Assembly: GCA_040772485.1 (NCBI GenBank)
Contig: JAXGYC010000008.1
Location: forward strand, 96,001 to 160,000
Direction: 5' to 3'
Source: Sedimentisphaerales bacterium
GTDB lineage: Bacteria; Planctomycetota; Phycisphaerae; Sedimentisphaerales; Anaerobacaceae
Length of the DNA: 64,000 nt
Under the pieces are notes generated by a model. That model was not told the origin of the DNA and did no database searches. It worked only from the letters and a program-made list of their open reading frames with translations. Below are positions 55,124 to 64,000 of this stretch, piece by piece (within the stretch, counting starts at the first letter, position 1; every line of letters starts with the position of its first letter). The translations under genes were made by a program, and so were the position numbers.

Positions 55124-55146
55124 GCATGGGCTGAAGCCCATCCTAC
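55124..55146 (-). repeat. GTAG-type REP-like palindrome GTAGGATGGGCTTCAGCCCATGC
   Basis: Lies between convergent genes and supplies the TAG stop of 55143..57383; second copy at 2256-2278. Confidence 0.72.
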
Positions 55147-57383
55147 AGGCGGCCGGAGATGCTTAGTTCGAGCGCAGCGTAGCCGTCGATCTCAAAATGC
55201 TCCACAACCATCTCGACGGTCTTGTCTTCGCTCAGATCGAGTGTGCCGGTATCGCGCGTCGGTCCGTGCCACGTCCAGTTGTCGATGATCGTGCGGCCAT
55301 CGACGGTGACGCGCACCCCGTCGTCGCTGAGCGTCGCGAACTCCCACACGCCGGCCGCCAGCAGAATGCGCACGGTGGCGATCATGCCGAAATGATCGCT
55401 GCCCAGTTTGGCGGCTGCGACAGCCTCCGGCAACTTCTGTTCGCTGGGCCCGCCCCACGCGTAGCTGAACGCAAGACGTTTGGCCTTCGCTGAAACGGAA
55501 CTCTCCGCATGGGTGAGCTTCCGCCAGACTACGGCATCCTTGCGCGGGTCCGTATCGTCCGTCCACTTGAAGAAAGTCACATCCCACACAGCCGAGATGA
55601 GCGTACCGTGAAGCTGCTCTGCGAAGTCGCCTGCTCTGGCCTGGATCCGATAGGGATAGACGCCGGGTTTGGCTGCCGAGACGGTGTATGTGCCGGGCTG
55701 CTCCAGGTCTTGCGGCCAAGACAGCTCTCCCTGCACGCCATGCCCCTCAACCGTGATCTGTGCGGCTCGCGGCACCTTGTGCAGGCTGTACCGGACGGAG
55801 TCGCCGTCATCCTGAACCACGCGAATCAGCGGCGATTCGTGGTCCCATGGTCCCCACGGTGTCATGATGATGTTATGCCGGCCGTACAAATGCCCGCGGG
55901 CTCCGACCGGGCGCGTCACGCCCCGTACAGGATACTCGGGCTTCGTCACCGGCCCGACCTCCGCGTCGAAGACATCCTGTATGATGACAGCCTCGTCCTT
56001 TCGCATCTGTTCTTTGACGTCCGCGAACACGTCCCGGCCGAGCGTTACCTGGCTCGATCCACGGAAGTGGTACGCCAGTGCATCGCCCGTGAACGTGTTC
56101 CGAGCAATCCGGTTGTCCCTGGATTCCGTTCCATTGGCTCTCGCCCACGGCGTGCTCGCCAGGTCGCCGGGGTCCGACCACCACAGGTGCACGCCGCACC
56201 GGTTGGCTGCGAAGGCGTTCTCCACGATTCGATTGGCCCTGCCATGTTCGATGTTCACGCCGCCCCGCTCCAGCCCATACGCCATCTGGCCGTTGCCTTC
56301 GATGTCGTTCCTCGCGATCAGGGTGTCCTGCGAATAGCCGCCCCAGATTCCGCATATGGCGTTCTCGACAAGGCGGTTGCCATAGAAGACGTTGCCGAAG
56401 GAGAAGGTCATCTCGATCCCGTGCGCGGGAGCGTAGGAGAAATCGTTCCCGATGAGCAGGTTTCCGTTGTTGCCCCGCCGTTTGTACCAGTCTGCTGGAT
56501 GGTTCCCGGTCTGGCCCAGCGCTTCACGTCCTGCGAAACCGAAGAACCCGTCGCCACTGTGCGTGGCCGAGTTCTCGGCGACGATGTTCTCATTGTTCTG
56601 TTCGAACAGGAGGATGCCGGCCGAATCCTGGCCGCGATTGTATACCCCGTGGCTGTATCCGCGCACGCAGAAGTCACAGGCGTTGCGGCTGATCACGTTG
56701 CGGCTGCATCGCCACATCGCGATTCCCCAGCCGGAATTGAAGGAGAAATCGTTGTCGTAGACCTCCGAGTCGTCCACACGGTCCAGGCAAAGCGCGTTCT
56801 GCCCGTGTCGAACCGTGCAGCGGCGCACAGTGACATGGCCTGCATCCTCCAGATAGATCGCGGCGCCGTAGCGGCTCAGCCATTCGTTGTCGTCGTTGTC
56901 GTGCGGATAGAGCCAGTCACTGCTGTCCTCGGCGAGTGGTGTCGACCTGAGGTACGCACGCCGATTGTCGGAGGCATCGATCGCGTCAAGCGTCAATCCG
57001 TCGGCGCTGGTGGCCCAGAGCGCTGCCCGGAAACCGCTGATCTTCGCATCGCGGATGACGACATGGGTCTGCCCTTCGATGCGGATACCGTAGCCGGCGT
57101 ATTCATCGGGCCTGCGGTCTGGCGGCGAGCCACGGAGAACGGAATCCTCCGCGAACTCGATTCGGATATGGGAGGCGACGACGTGAATCACACCATTGTT
57201 ATTCTTGTCCTCGATCACCGTGCCGGGCGGTATGACGATGCGGCAGGATTGGGACACAGACACATCATCCGATATCACTCGCAGCTCGGGGACCTGCTGG
57301 GCACCGATTGCCCGAACCACCAGCAACAGGAACATGCCCGCGACCAAGGCGCCCTTTCGCAGAATCGCATGTGGAGGCCCCAT
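55143..57383 (-). CDS. Secreted right-handed parallel beta-helix protein with C-terminal PA14 domain
   Basis: Repeated NDFSFNSGWGI, ENAICGIWG and NRCGVHL coils; LSDDGVRVTVDG...IDNW...VEHFE (PA14). Confidence 0.85.
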   Translation of the reverse strand: MGPPHAILRKGALVAGMFLLLVVRAIGAQQVPELRVISDDVSVSQSCRIVIPPGTVIEDKNNNGVIHVVASHIRIEFAEDSVLRGSPPDRRPDEYAGYGIRIEGQTHVVIRDAKISGFRAALWATSADGLTLDAIDASDNRRAYLRSTPLAEDSSDWLYPHDNDDNEWLSRYGAAIYLEDAGHVTVRRCTVRHGQNALCLDRVDDSEVYDNDFSFNSGWGIAMWRCSRNVISRNACDFCVRGYSHGVYNRGQDSAGILLFEQNNENIVAENSATHSGDGFFGFAGREALGQTGNHPADWYKRRGNNGNLLIGNDFSYAPAHGIEMTFSFGNVFYGNRLVENAICGIWGGYSQDTLIARNDIEGNGQMAYGLERGGVNIEHGRANRIVENAFAANRCGVHLWWSDPGDLASTPWARANGTESRDNRIARNTFTGDALAYHFRGSSQVTLGRDVFADVKEQMRKDEAVIIQDVFDAEVGPVTKPEYPVRGVTRPVGARGHLYGRHNIIMTPWGPWDHESPLIRVVQDDGDSVRYSLHKVPRAAQITVEGHGVQGELSWPQDLEQPGTYTVSAAKPGVYPYRIQARAGDFAEQLHGTLISAVWDVTFFKWTDDTDPRKDAVVWRKLTHAESSVSAKAKRLAFSYAWGGPSEQKLPEAVAAAKLGSDHFGMIATVRILLAAGVWEFATLSDDGVRVTVDGRTIIDNWTWHGPTRDTGTLDLSEDKTVEMVVEHFEIDGYAALELSISGRL

Positions 57384-57485
57384 GAATGCGTTCTCCTCAC
57401 TGCCGGATGAGGAAGATGCCCGCCGCCGGAAGGAATCTGCCGATCAACACAATCCACACGGCGCGGCGCGCCTCTTCCCTCATCG

Positions 57486-59153
57486 TCATGCTTGGCTCGT
57501 CCCGTTGGTTGCCCGACTCGGTATGTCAATGGCGATCTCCAGCCGGTTCTCTCGCGTAGTGATGGGCAGGGACGACAGGAGCTTCCTCTTTCGGTCCCAC
57601 CGTTCGCGGAGCCGGACCGAATCGACGCCCAGATGGCGGCCTTTCGAGAAGGGGTTGCGGCCCACGCACTCGAATTTCAGCGTGTGCTTGCCCGGCACCA
57701 GTTTGAAGCTCCCCAGGTAGTGGTCTTTGACCTCGATGCTCTTGGCGTAGAAGTCGTAGTCCTCGATCTTGTCTCCCGCCATGTAGTCTTCGGGTTGTCG
57801 GATGTTCTTGCCGTCGAGGAAGATCCGGTAGACGCCATACTCCGGGCCGTAGGTCATGCGCAGCATCAGGCCGCGGTATTCATCCTTCTCGACGTTGAAC
57901 TCAACCTCAAAGACCGGATCATCGGACGCCGGCTGGAACAAGACCTGCCCCTGCCCCGTCCAGTCGTAGCCCTTCTGCAGCTCCAGCAGACCGGGTGAGT
58001 GCTTCGCCGTCGGCAGCAAGGCCTGGCCCTCGATGACGATGTCGAGGTTGGGCAGAATTCGCTCCGCCAGCGGCGGCAGCTTCGTGAAACGCCGGGGCCG
58101 GCCCACCTGATACCAGAAGGCGACTGTGGCGATGTCATCCTCGCGTTCGACGTGGCCCTCCGTCTTGCCGCTCTCGGTCTCGTCGCCGGTGATCCAGCCG
58201 GTGTGCTCGATCTCAAAACGCAGCGACTTGCGGAACCGGACCGGGTCGGCGATGTGCCAGCGATACAGACAGTACTCGGTGCCCAGGTCCTCATAGTCCG
58301 AGCTCATGTAGTTGCAGCCGTAGTAGGGGAAGGAGGTCTGGTTGAGTCCCCAGGCCATGAGGAAGTAGTCCTCGGTGCCGGTGCCCTGGATGGACGGCCT
58401 GGTCTCGCCGTCGATGTAGAATCGGGCATCGCCCTCGCCGAACCAGAAGGGGCTCCGCGAGCGGACCGACATCACCGTTCCGACGTAGTGGCCCTGGCCC
58501 TGGATGTCGGCAATGAGATAGTCCTGGCCCAGCTTCTCCGGAAACGCCTGGTTGTACTGGGCACAGAAGTAGGCGGTCTCAGCTGGCAGGCTGTCCTCTT
58601 CGGTGTAGTCGATATGATAGTAGAAACTCCGGACGTTCTTGGCGCCCTCGTTGGTGACCGTGATCAGGCCCCTTTTGAAGAAAGGCATAGCCCAGTAGCA
58701 GTTGTAGCCGTCGCCGCCCTCGACCTGAACCGGGACCGACTGGATCTCCAGGCGACGGCCGAACCCCGCGCCGAAGAAGTCGCCGATGGGCGCCTCGACG
58801 GCGGGCTCGGTCGCATCGTCCCAGTACATGCGGATGACGATCTCGTTCGGAGCGGCCGAGCCTCCCGCTTCGAGCCAGTTCGGACGAGCTTCGTTGAAGG
58901 TCAGCCAGATGTGGTGGATGACGCCGGGGCCTTTGATGTCCGCCAGCACTTTTGTTTCGCCCGGCGTGACGTACTTGATCCGGTCGGAGTTGCCCGTGAA
59001 GCTCGGATCGGTGGAGGTCACCGCCCGCATCCGTCCCGGCCGGACCTTCGTCAGGGAGTCAAGGTCCTGGGCCCAGGTCGTTGGAGCACCGGCCGACAGC
59101 GCCAATGAAACCGCAACCAACACGATCACGTTGACCTTCCTTCTTCCCGCCAT
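57486..59153 (-). CDS. DUF2961 (GH172-like) glycoside hydrolase
   Basis: GPGVIHHIWLT, MYWD...VEAPIGDFFG, NCYWAMPF, WFGEGD, GTGTEDYF, YRWHIADP, IEH. Confidence 0.9.
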   Translation of the reverse strand: MAGRRKVNVIVLVAVSLALSAGAPTTWAQDLDSLTKVRPGRMRAVTSTDPSFTGNSDRIKYVTPGETKVLADIKGPGVIHHIWLTFNEARPNWLEAGGSAAPNEIVIRMYWDDATEPAVEAPIGDFFGAGFGRRLEIQSVPVQVEGGDGYNCYWAMPFFKRGLITVTNEGAKNVRSFYYHIDYTEEDSLPAETAYFCAQYNQAFPEKLGQDYLIADIQGQGHYVGTVMSVRSRSPFWFGEGDARFYIDGETRPSIQGTGTEDYFLMAWGLNQTSFPYYGCNYMSSDYEDLGTEYCLYRWHIADPVRFRKSLRFEIEHTGWITGDETESGKTEGHVEREDDIATVAFWYQVGRPRRFTKLPPLAERILPNLDIVIEGQALLPTAKHSPGLLELQKGYDWTGQGQVLFQPASDDPVFEVEFNVEKDEYRGLMLRMTYGPEYGVYRIFLDGKNIRQPEDYMAGDKIEDYDFYAKSIEVKDHYLGSFKLVPGKHTLKFECVGRNPFSKGRHLGVDSVRLRERWDRKRKLLSSLPITTRENRLEIAIDIPSRATNGTSQA

Positions 59154-59208
59154 GAGTGAACCTCCCTTATCGATTTTGAGGGTGGCCGCGTCAAGCGCAG
59201 TGCTGCTC

Positions 59209-59250
59209 GTAGTGACGCCGTCAGGCGTTATGCCCTTACGGGCACACTAC
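59209..59250. repeat. GTAG-initiated three-stem REP-like element
   Basis: GTAGTG/CACTAC outer stem enclosing the hairpins ACGCC-GTCA-GGCGT and TGCCC-TTAC-GGGCA. Confidence 0.7.
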
Positions 59251-59308
59251 AAACTACCATCCCCAAGGCTTCGTTCCACTGCGCCTTGCGCCTGCCACCC
59301 ACCAGATC

Positions 59309-61120
59309 TCATCTCTTCAGCAGCAGGTTGATGTCACGGATCATATCTCGCTTGTCCTCTTCGGACAAGCGAGCCAGCCCGAGATTGTCGCCCCAGCCGT
59401 TCGTGACGCCGACCCCTGCGCCGACCTTGCGAGCCAGGTCGATCTGCGCCGGCCACAGCGACTTGAACAGCCACGCACAAGGCTGCCAGGCCTTGTTTCC
59501 CAGGGCCGCCAGATGGCGGACCGGGCCCTGACGGTAGAGCGGATGGCCGAGCAACCGGTCGTAGCAATGGTCGCCTCCCTCGCCATCGCCCCAGAGGCAG
59601 AAGTTGCCCATCGAGCAGTCGCTGGCGAACAGGGCCTTGTCCGGCCCAAAAGAACGCACCGCCGCACGGAGGCCGCGCATCAGCTCGATGCCGCCGGGTG
59701 AGAGCGGGCCGCGACGGTCGGGATGGTAGTCGTAGCCCCACGCGGTGAAGGTCTCATCCAGCACGATGCCGTCGGGATTGAGCAGCTCCATCACCCAGCG
59801 GGCCTGCTGGATCAGGTGCTCGCGCCATTCGGACGAGTTCACTGACATCTTCCAGGTCTTCTTGATCACGTCCGGCCCTTCCCAGCCGAAGCCGACAGGT
59901 TCGCCCGCTTCGTTCACCTGAATGAAATCCCGCATCTTCTCGAACAGCGGCGATCCCTCGTCAAGAATCGTGTAGTGCAGGTAGATCGTCGGGTGCGCGC
60001 CCGCGCGGCGGGTCGCCTCGACCCGGGCCTTCATCTTCTCCAGCGACATCGCCGCCGGACCCTTCGGATCGTTCGGCATCGCCGGCCACTCCTTGCGGTC
60101 GGGATGAATGAAGTCGCCGTAGGACAGATAGTAGCCGTGCTGCGTGGCCATGCCCACGTGGAACTCGCCGAAATGCTTCAGGTCCGCGTCGTAACCGCCC
60201 CCGCGAGGACCGTCGGCTTCCACGCCCGAGAGGAAGTCGTAGTAGTGAACACGGAACTGTCGCGTCCAGTCGATGGGCGGGAAGTCCTCCTTGTGGGCAA
60301 ACCGGTGGAATGCCGCCCACGCCTCGGAAGCGTCGCCCGAATGCAGAAACAGGTACGCCTTCATCTCAACAGTCTGTCCGGGAGCGAGACGCACCCGCCG
60401 GCCCATTCGCCAGGCGGTGCGCGAAGGGCCTTCCATCGCCTGGAAGAAGATCGGCTCGGTGGACGACGCGAAGAAGGCCACACGACAAGGCCCATCCTCG
60501 GCGAAGATATCCACCACCGGCGCCAATAACAGCGCCCGCGTCGGAAGCTCTCGCGGATCGCTGGCCTGCGGTTCGAGGTAGTGGGCCAGGTAGCCGTCGG
60601 CCTTCACGGTCTGATGGCAGTCGTGCGCAGCCGGATTTTGCGTCATCCCTCGCGCCGTGATCGGCAGGTACATCTGCTGGTCGGCAGCGGATCGGCAGGG
60701 CCGGGCGCCGCTGAGAAAACCCGCCAGCACCTCGCACGGACGGTCGGATGTGTTCTTCAGTTCCAGAGTCGCTTCGAGAAGGTCTTCCCCGCCCCCGCCC
60801 GTCGAGCTGTGCAGGCAATGCGACAGAGACAACGTGACGGGTCCACACATCCCCTTGGGGTCACTCGCCGTCTGCAAGGGCGAATCATGATTCGCCCCTG
60901 CCAGCCGACAGAATCCGTCGAGAAGGCCCACCGGCTCTTCGTGCACCAGGGGCCGGCCGTCCCAGGCGACACGGTCGAACAGTCTGCCGGTGCCGTGCCG
61001 GCGCCAGGTGACCGGTGGACGCGCGGGGGCATGCAGTTCCTCGCTGAAGAGGTTCCGTGTCGTGCCGAGCGCGCCGAGCAAGGCCGCTCCATTGGCCGCG
61101 AGAAAATCGCGTCGCTTCAT
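59309..61120 (-). CDS. Tat-exported putative glycoside hydrolase (TIM-barrel-like, family uncertain)
   Basis: MKRRDFLAA twin-arginine leader; HYYDFLS, HGYY...GDF, PDGIVLDET. The family assignment is inference. Confidence 0.6.
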   Translation of the reverse strand: MKRRDFLAANGAALLGALGTTRNLFSEELHAPARPPVTWRRHGTGRLFDRVAWDGRPLVHEEPVGLLDGFCRLAGANHDSPLQTASDPKGMCGPVTLSLSHCLHSSTGGGGEDLLEATLELKNTSDRPCEVLAGFLSGARPCRSAADQQMYLPITARGMTQNPAAHDCHQTVKADGYLAHYLEPQASDPRELPTRALLLAPVVDIFAEDGPCRVAFFASSTEPIFFQAMEGPSRTAWRMGRRVRLAPGQTVEMKAYLFLHSGDASEAWAAFHRFAHKEDFPPIDWTRQFRVHYYDFLSGVEADGPRGGGYDADLKHFGEFHVGMATQHGYYLSYGDFIHPDRKEWPAMPNDPKGPAAMSLEKMKARVEATRRAGAHPTIYLHYTILDEGSPLFEKMRDFIQVNEAGEPVGFGWEGPDVIKKTWKMSVNSSEWREHLIQQARWVMELLNPDGIVLDETFTAWGYDYHPDRRGPLSPGGIELMRGLRAAVRSFGPDKALFASDCSMGNFCLWGDGEGGDHCYDRLLGHPLYRQGPVRHLAALGNKAWQPCAWLFKSLWPAQIDLARKVGAGVGVTNGWGDNLGLARLSEEDKRDMIRDINLLLKR

Positions 61121-61468
61121 CTTCTCAGCTCCTTCCAGACTGTCGTATGTATGCCCGCTACGCTGTGGAAGGCGGACGGTGAGTATCGTACCACACCCGC
61201 ACGACGACAGGTGCCAAAAATGCCTTTGCCCGGGAGAGAACTCGACAGTCCCGATGTCCATCGGGATCTATCGCCTGTCGCCATGAGAAGCGCTTGCCAT
61301 GTCACGGACGAAGAAGGTCGTGCCGCCGGCAGCCACTTGCAGGGGCGAATCATCATTCGCTCCTGCGCAGGCATCGTATGGCGAAGTGAAGCTGTCCGGC
61401 ACCTTCTTTCGGCCCCTGTGTGATCGCGGCTCGAAAGAAGGCGCCGGACATTCCGGATTTGCCCGTGG

Positions 61469-64000
61469 TTAGAACTGGATTCTCACGCCCGCCTGGAGTG
61501 TGTGGACGTCGAATCCGGAACCGAACTCGGCGTCGTACTGCGCCGAGAGCATCTTGGACTTGTCGATCCGCCAGTTCAAACCGGCCCCGACACTGAGGAG
61601 GTCGTCGACGACCGCTATTTCCGTGGTCCGGAACGAGGTGTCGGCGCCCGCCAGTTGTGCGGTTTCACTGGCCTCGTCGCCGAAGTTGTGCCGCCAGGCG
61701 AGTTTCAACTGGGGCATCAGGTAGCTGCCATTGTCGAGCACCCATGTCTTGCGCAGACGCGTTCCCAGCTCGAAGGCCAGATTGTCGTCGGTGTCGCTGC
61801 CGACGGACAGACTGGCCGCGCCGGCCCCGGTCTCCGTGTACGACTCGTGACGGAAGTGCGTGTAATTCAGGCCGGCATAGGGTTCCACGTCAAGGGACTT
61901 GTAGCGAAGCAGCTTGCCGATCTCCGGCGCAATCGAGAAGGTGTGCGCCTTGAAATCGCCCTTGGCCTGGAGGGCGGCGAAATCCAGATTGCGGACTTCG
62001 TCCACGTCATGATAGCCGTAGCCAACGGTCAGACCGAGGTAGTAGTTGTGGTTGAACCAGGTGCCGTAGAGCGAGGTCGACAGCGAATCCATGTCCATCG
62101 CGGACAGGCTGTCGGCGCTGTCTGCGTCTGTCCGGCCGTAGCCGATGGAGCCACCCACCAGCAGGCTTTCGCCGACAAACCGTTCGGCGCCGAGCAGGGT
62201 GCCATAGGTGTCGTAATCGTACCCGACGACGCCTCCGTCATCATCGCGGTCGCCCCATCTTCCGTACCCCTGTGCGAAGCCCTGCCAGCCGCCGTCGGAC
62301 GACTCGCGGGCCACCGTCGGCGACAGCGATGCCAGCAAAGGCCCGGTCGTCTGTTGGTTGAGGCCGTCGCGGGTGGCCGCCCGAGCATCCTGCATGCGTC
62401 GGCTCAAGCTGTTGTTCACGCTGCTGGTCACGCTGGAGGCCAGGGTCGATGCGGAAGCCGGAAGCTGGTTGGTCATCTGGGCATACGCGCCGGCGATGTC
62501 GTCGGAGGACTGGGCTTCGCCGATGACGTCCAGCAGAGCTTCGTTGGCGCTTTCGGCAAAGGCTTCGCTGTCGAGCATGGCGCCGAAGTTTCGGACGGTG
62601 CGCGATGCGCCGGTGAGGTAATCCACGTTGGGAGTGAAATCGACGCTCATCTCGACGATCTTGCCCGTGTCGTCCACCAGCAGTGATGAGATCGTCGCCA
62701 GATCGGTATTCTCGATGAAATCGGCGAGGTTGGCGTCCGCCGCCTGGTTCGCGCCATCAACCTGGATGTGGCCGGCGCCTTCGAGCGTGACGATGTCATA
62801 CGTGCCGTCCAGGGCATCGCCGACGGCCACAGCGACCACCTTGGCGCCAGTGACGAAATTGGCGTTGCTGTCGTCGGTGATGCGGATGCTGTCGTGATTG
62901 CCTTCCTCATCCACTTCGACGCTCAGCGTCGCGCCGGCGCCGAGCACGAAGTCCCCGCCGGACACGGTAATCTCACCCGGCGATTGACCCGGAGCGAGAA
63001 CGCCGTTGGTGATCGTCAGACCGCCCTGGAAATCGCCGCTGCCGCCGAGGGAGGCGTCGGCATCGTTGACCGTGACGGCGCCCATGACGGTGCCGTTGAT
63101 CGTGCCAGTCCCGGCCAGGGTAACGGAGCCGCCCAATACGGCGTCCTGTTCGATTTCGACTTCCGCCCCATCGGAGACATCGAGCGCTTGCTCAAACGCT
63201 TCGCTGTCGCCGGTCAGGGTGACGCTGCCCTGCGCGACCGTTACATTGTTGGCGCCGCTGAGGGTATCCACTTCCACGCCGGCATCGCCGGTTGTCAGAC
63301 TGGCCGCTCCGGCTGAGGTGTCCAGCGTCCCGACGGCGACCGCACTGCCGGTGAATGCCACGTTCCCGCTGACATTTGCCTGGCGGATCGCCACGTCATC
63401 GGCCGCCGCTTGCACGGTCGCATTGGCCAGCGTAACCTGCGCGTTGCCTGTCGCGGCGGCGCTGCCCAGCGACAGCGTCGAGTTGGCGACCGCCAGGGTC
63501 GCGGTCTCATCGAGGCCGGCGTTGTCCGAGTTGATCGCCATCGTGCCGCCGCCGGTCACGTTCAACGTCTCGCCGGCGTCCACACCCAACGTACCGTCGA
63601 CCTGAACCTGCGAAGAGGCGCCGACTTGCAGCGTCGCGTCACCCTGTGGGTTGAGCGTCTGCACGGCAATCGTGTTGCCGGTCACCGCCACAGTCCCACT
63701 GACGGCCACCGTCTCGATTTCGACCTCTTCCGCGGCCGCCTCAACCGTCGCATCGGTCAGCACGACCTGTGCGCCGCCCGTGGCGTTGGCGCTGCCCAGT
63801 GTCAGCGTCGATTCGCTGACGGCCAACGTAAACGGTCTGGGTCGGGTTGAGCATCTCATAGTCCTCGTTGAGGTGCCCCGTCATGGCCAGCGTGCCGCCG
63901 TGCACATGGATATCGCCCTCGCCGAGGGCGTTGCCCGTCGGATCTTCCCCCGGGTCGGCATCAAAGCCATCAAGCACCAACAGACCGTCGTTGACAGTAA
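61469..64000 (-). pseudogene. Autotransporter (beta-helical passenger plus beta-barrel), frameshifted near 63825; 5' end off window
   Basis: Passenger repeats, LAPGQSPG motif and a barrel ending GVRIQF. Passenger-like sequence upstream of ~63830 is in a different frame (TVNDGLLVL...GDIHVHGGTL). Confidence 0.75.

Noticed and set aside
57486..57580. Possible read-through tail on the DUF2961 protein
   Set aside because: It cannot be distinguished from a natural variable C-terminus without homologue alignment.

Overview
GC-rich bacterial window, most consistent with a planctomycete of class Phycisphaerae (Sedimentisphaerales-like). This is inferred from three prepilin/H-X9-DG proteins, PQQ-type beta-propellers, a lineage-typical LamG/discoidin protein and a VPxPGA-type sorting tail. 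Left part (1-34.4 kb): a PQQ-propeller/methyltransferase cluster, then a ~24 kb co-directional carbohydrate locus (ABC importer, apiosidase-like hydrolases, SIS isomerase, two dehydrogenases, FGGY kinase, truncated xylR-like regulator, prepilin protein, LamG protein, fucose-isomerase-like protein, GH28) divergent from a SorC-family regulator with candidate operators. Middle (34.5-52.2 kb): tRNA-Phe, an FtsB-like gene, an unusual enolase, psd-pssA, a PilZ protein, an aldo/keto reductase, purB, pyrE, padR, coaB/coaC, rpoZ, gmk, yicC, secG, tpiA, pheA and ogt. Right part: further secreted carbohydrate-active proteins and a frameshifted autotransporter running off the window. The standout is the 905-aa enolase. 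It appears circularly permuted (TIM barrel before the capping domain, catalytic motifs retained), is fused to an N-terminal membrane domain with a site-2-protease-like HEMGH motif, and lies next to a two-TM FtsB-like gene. No CRISPR array, integrase or transposase was seen. All calls come from reading motifs by eye, with no database searches.
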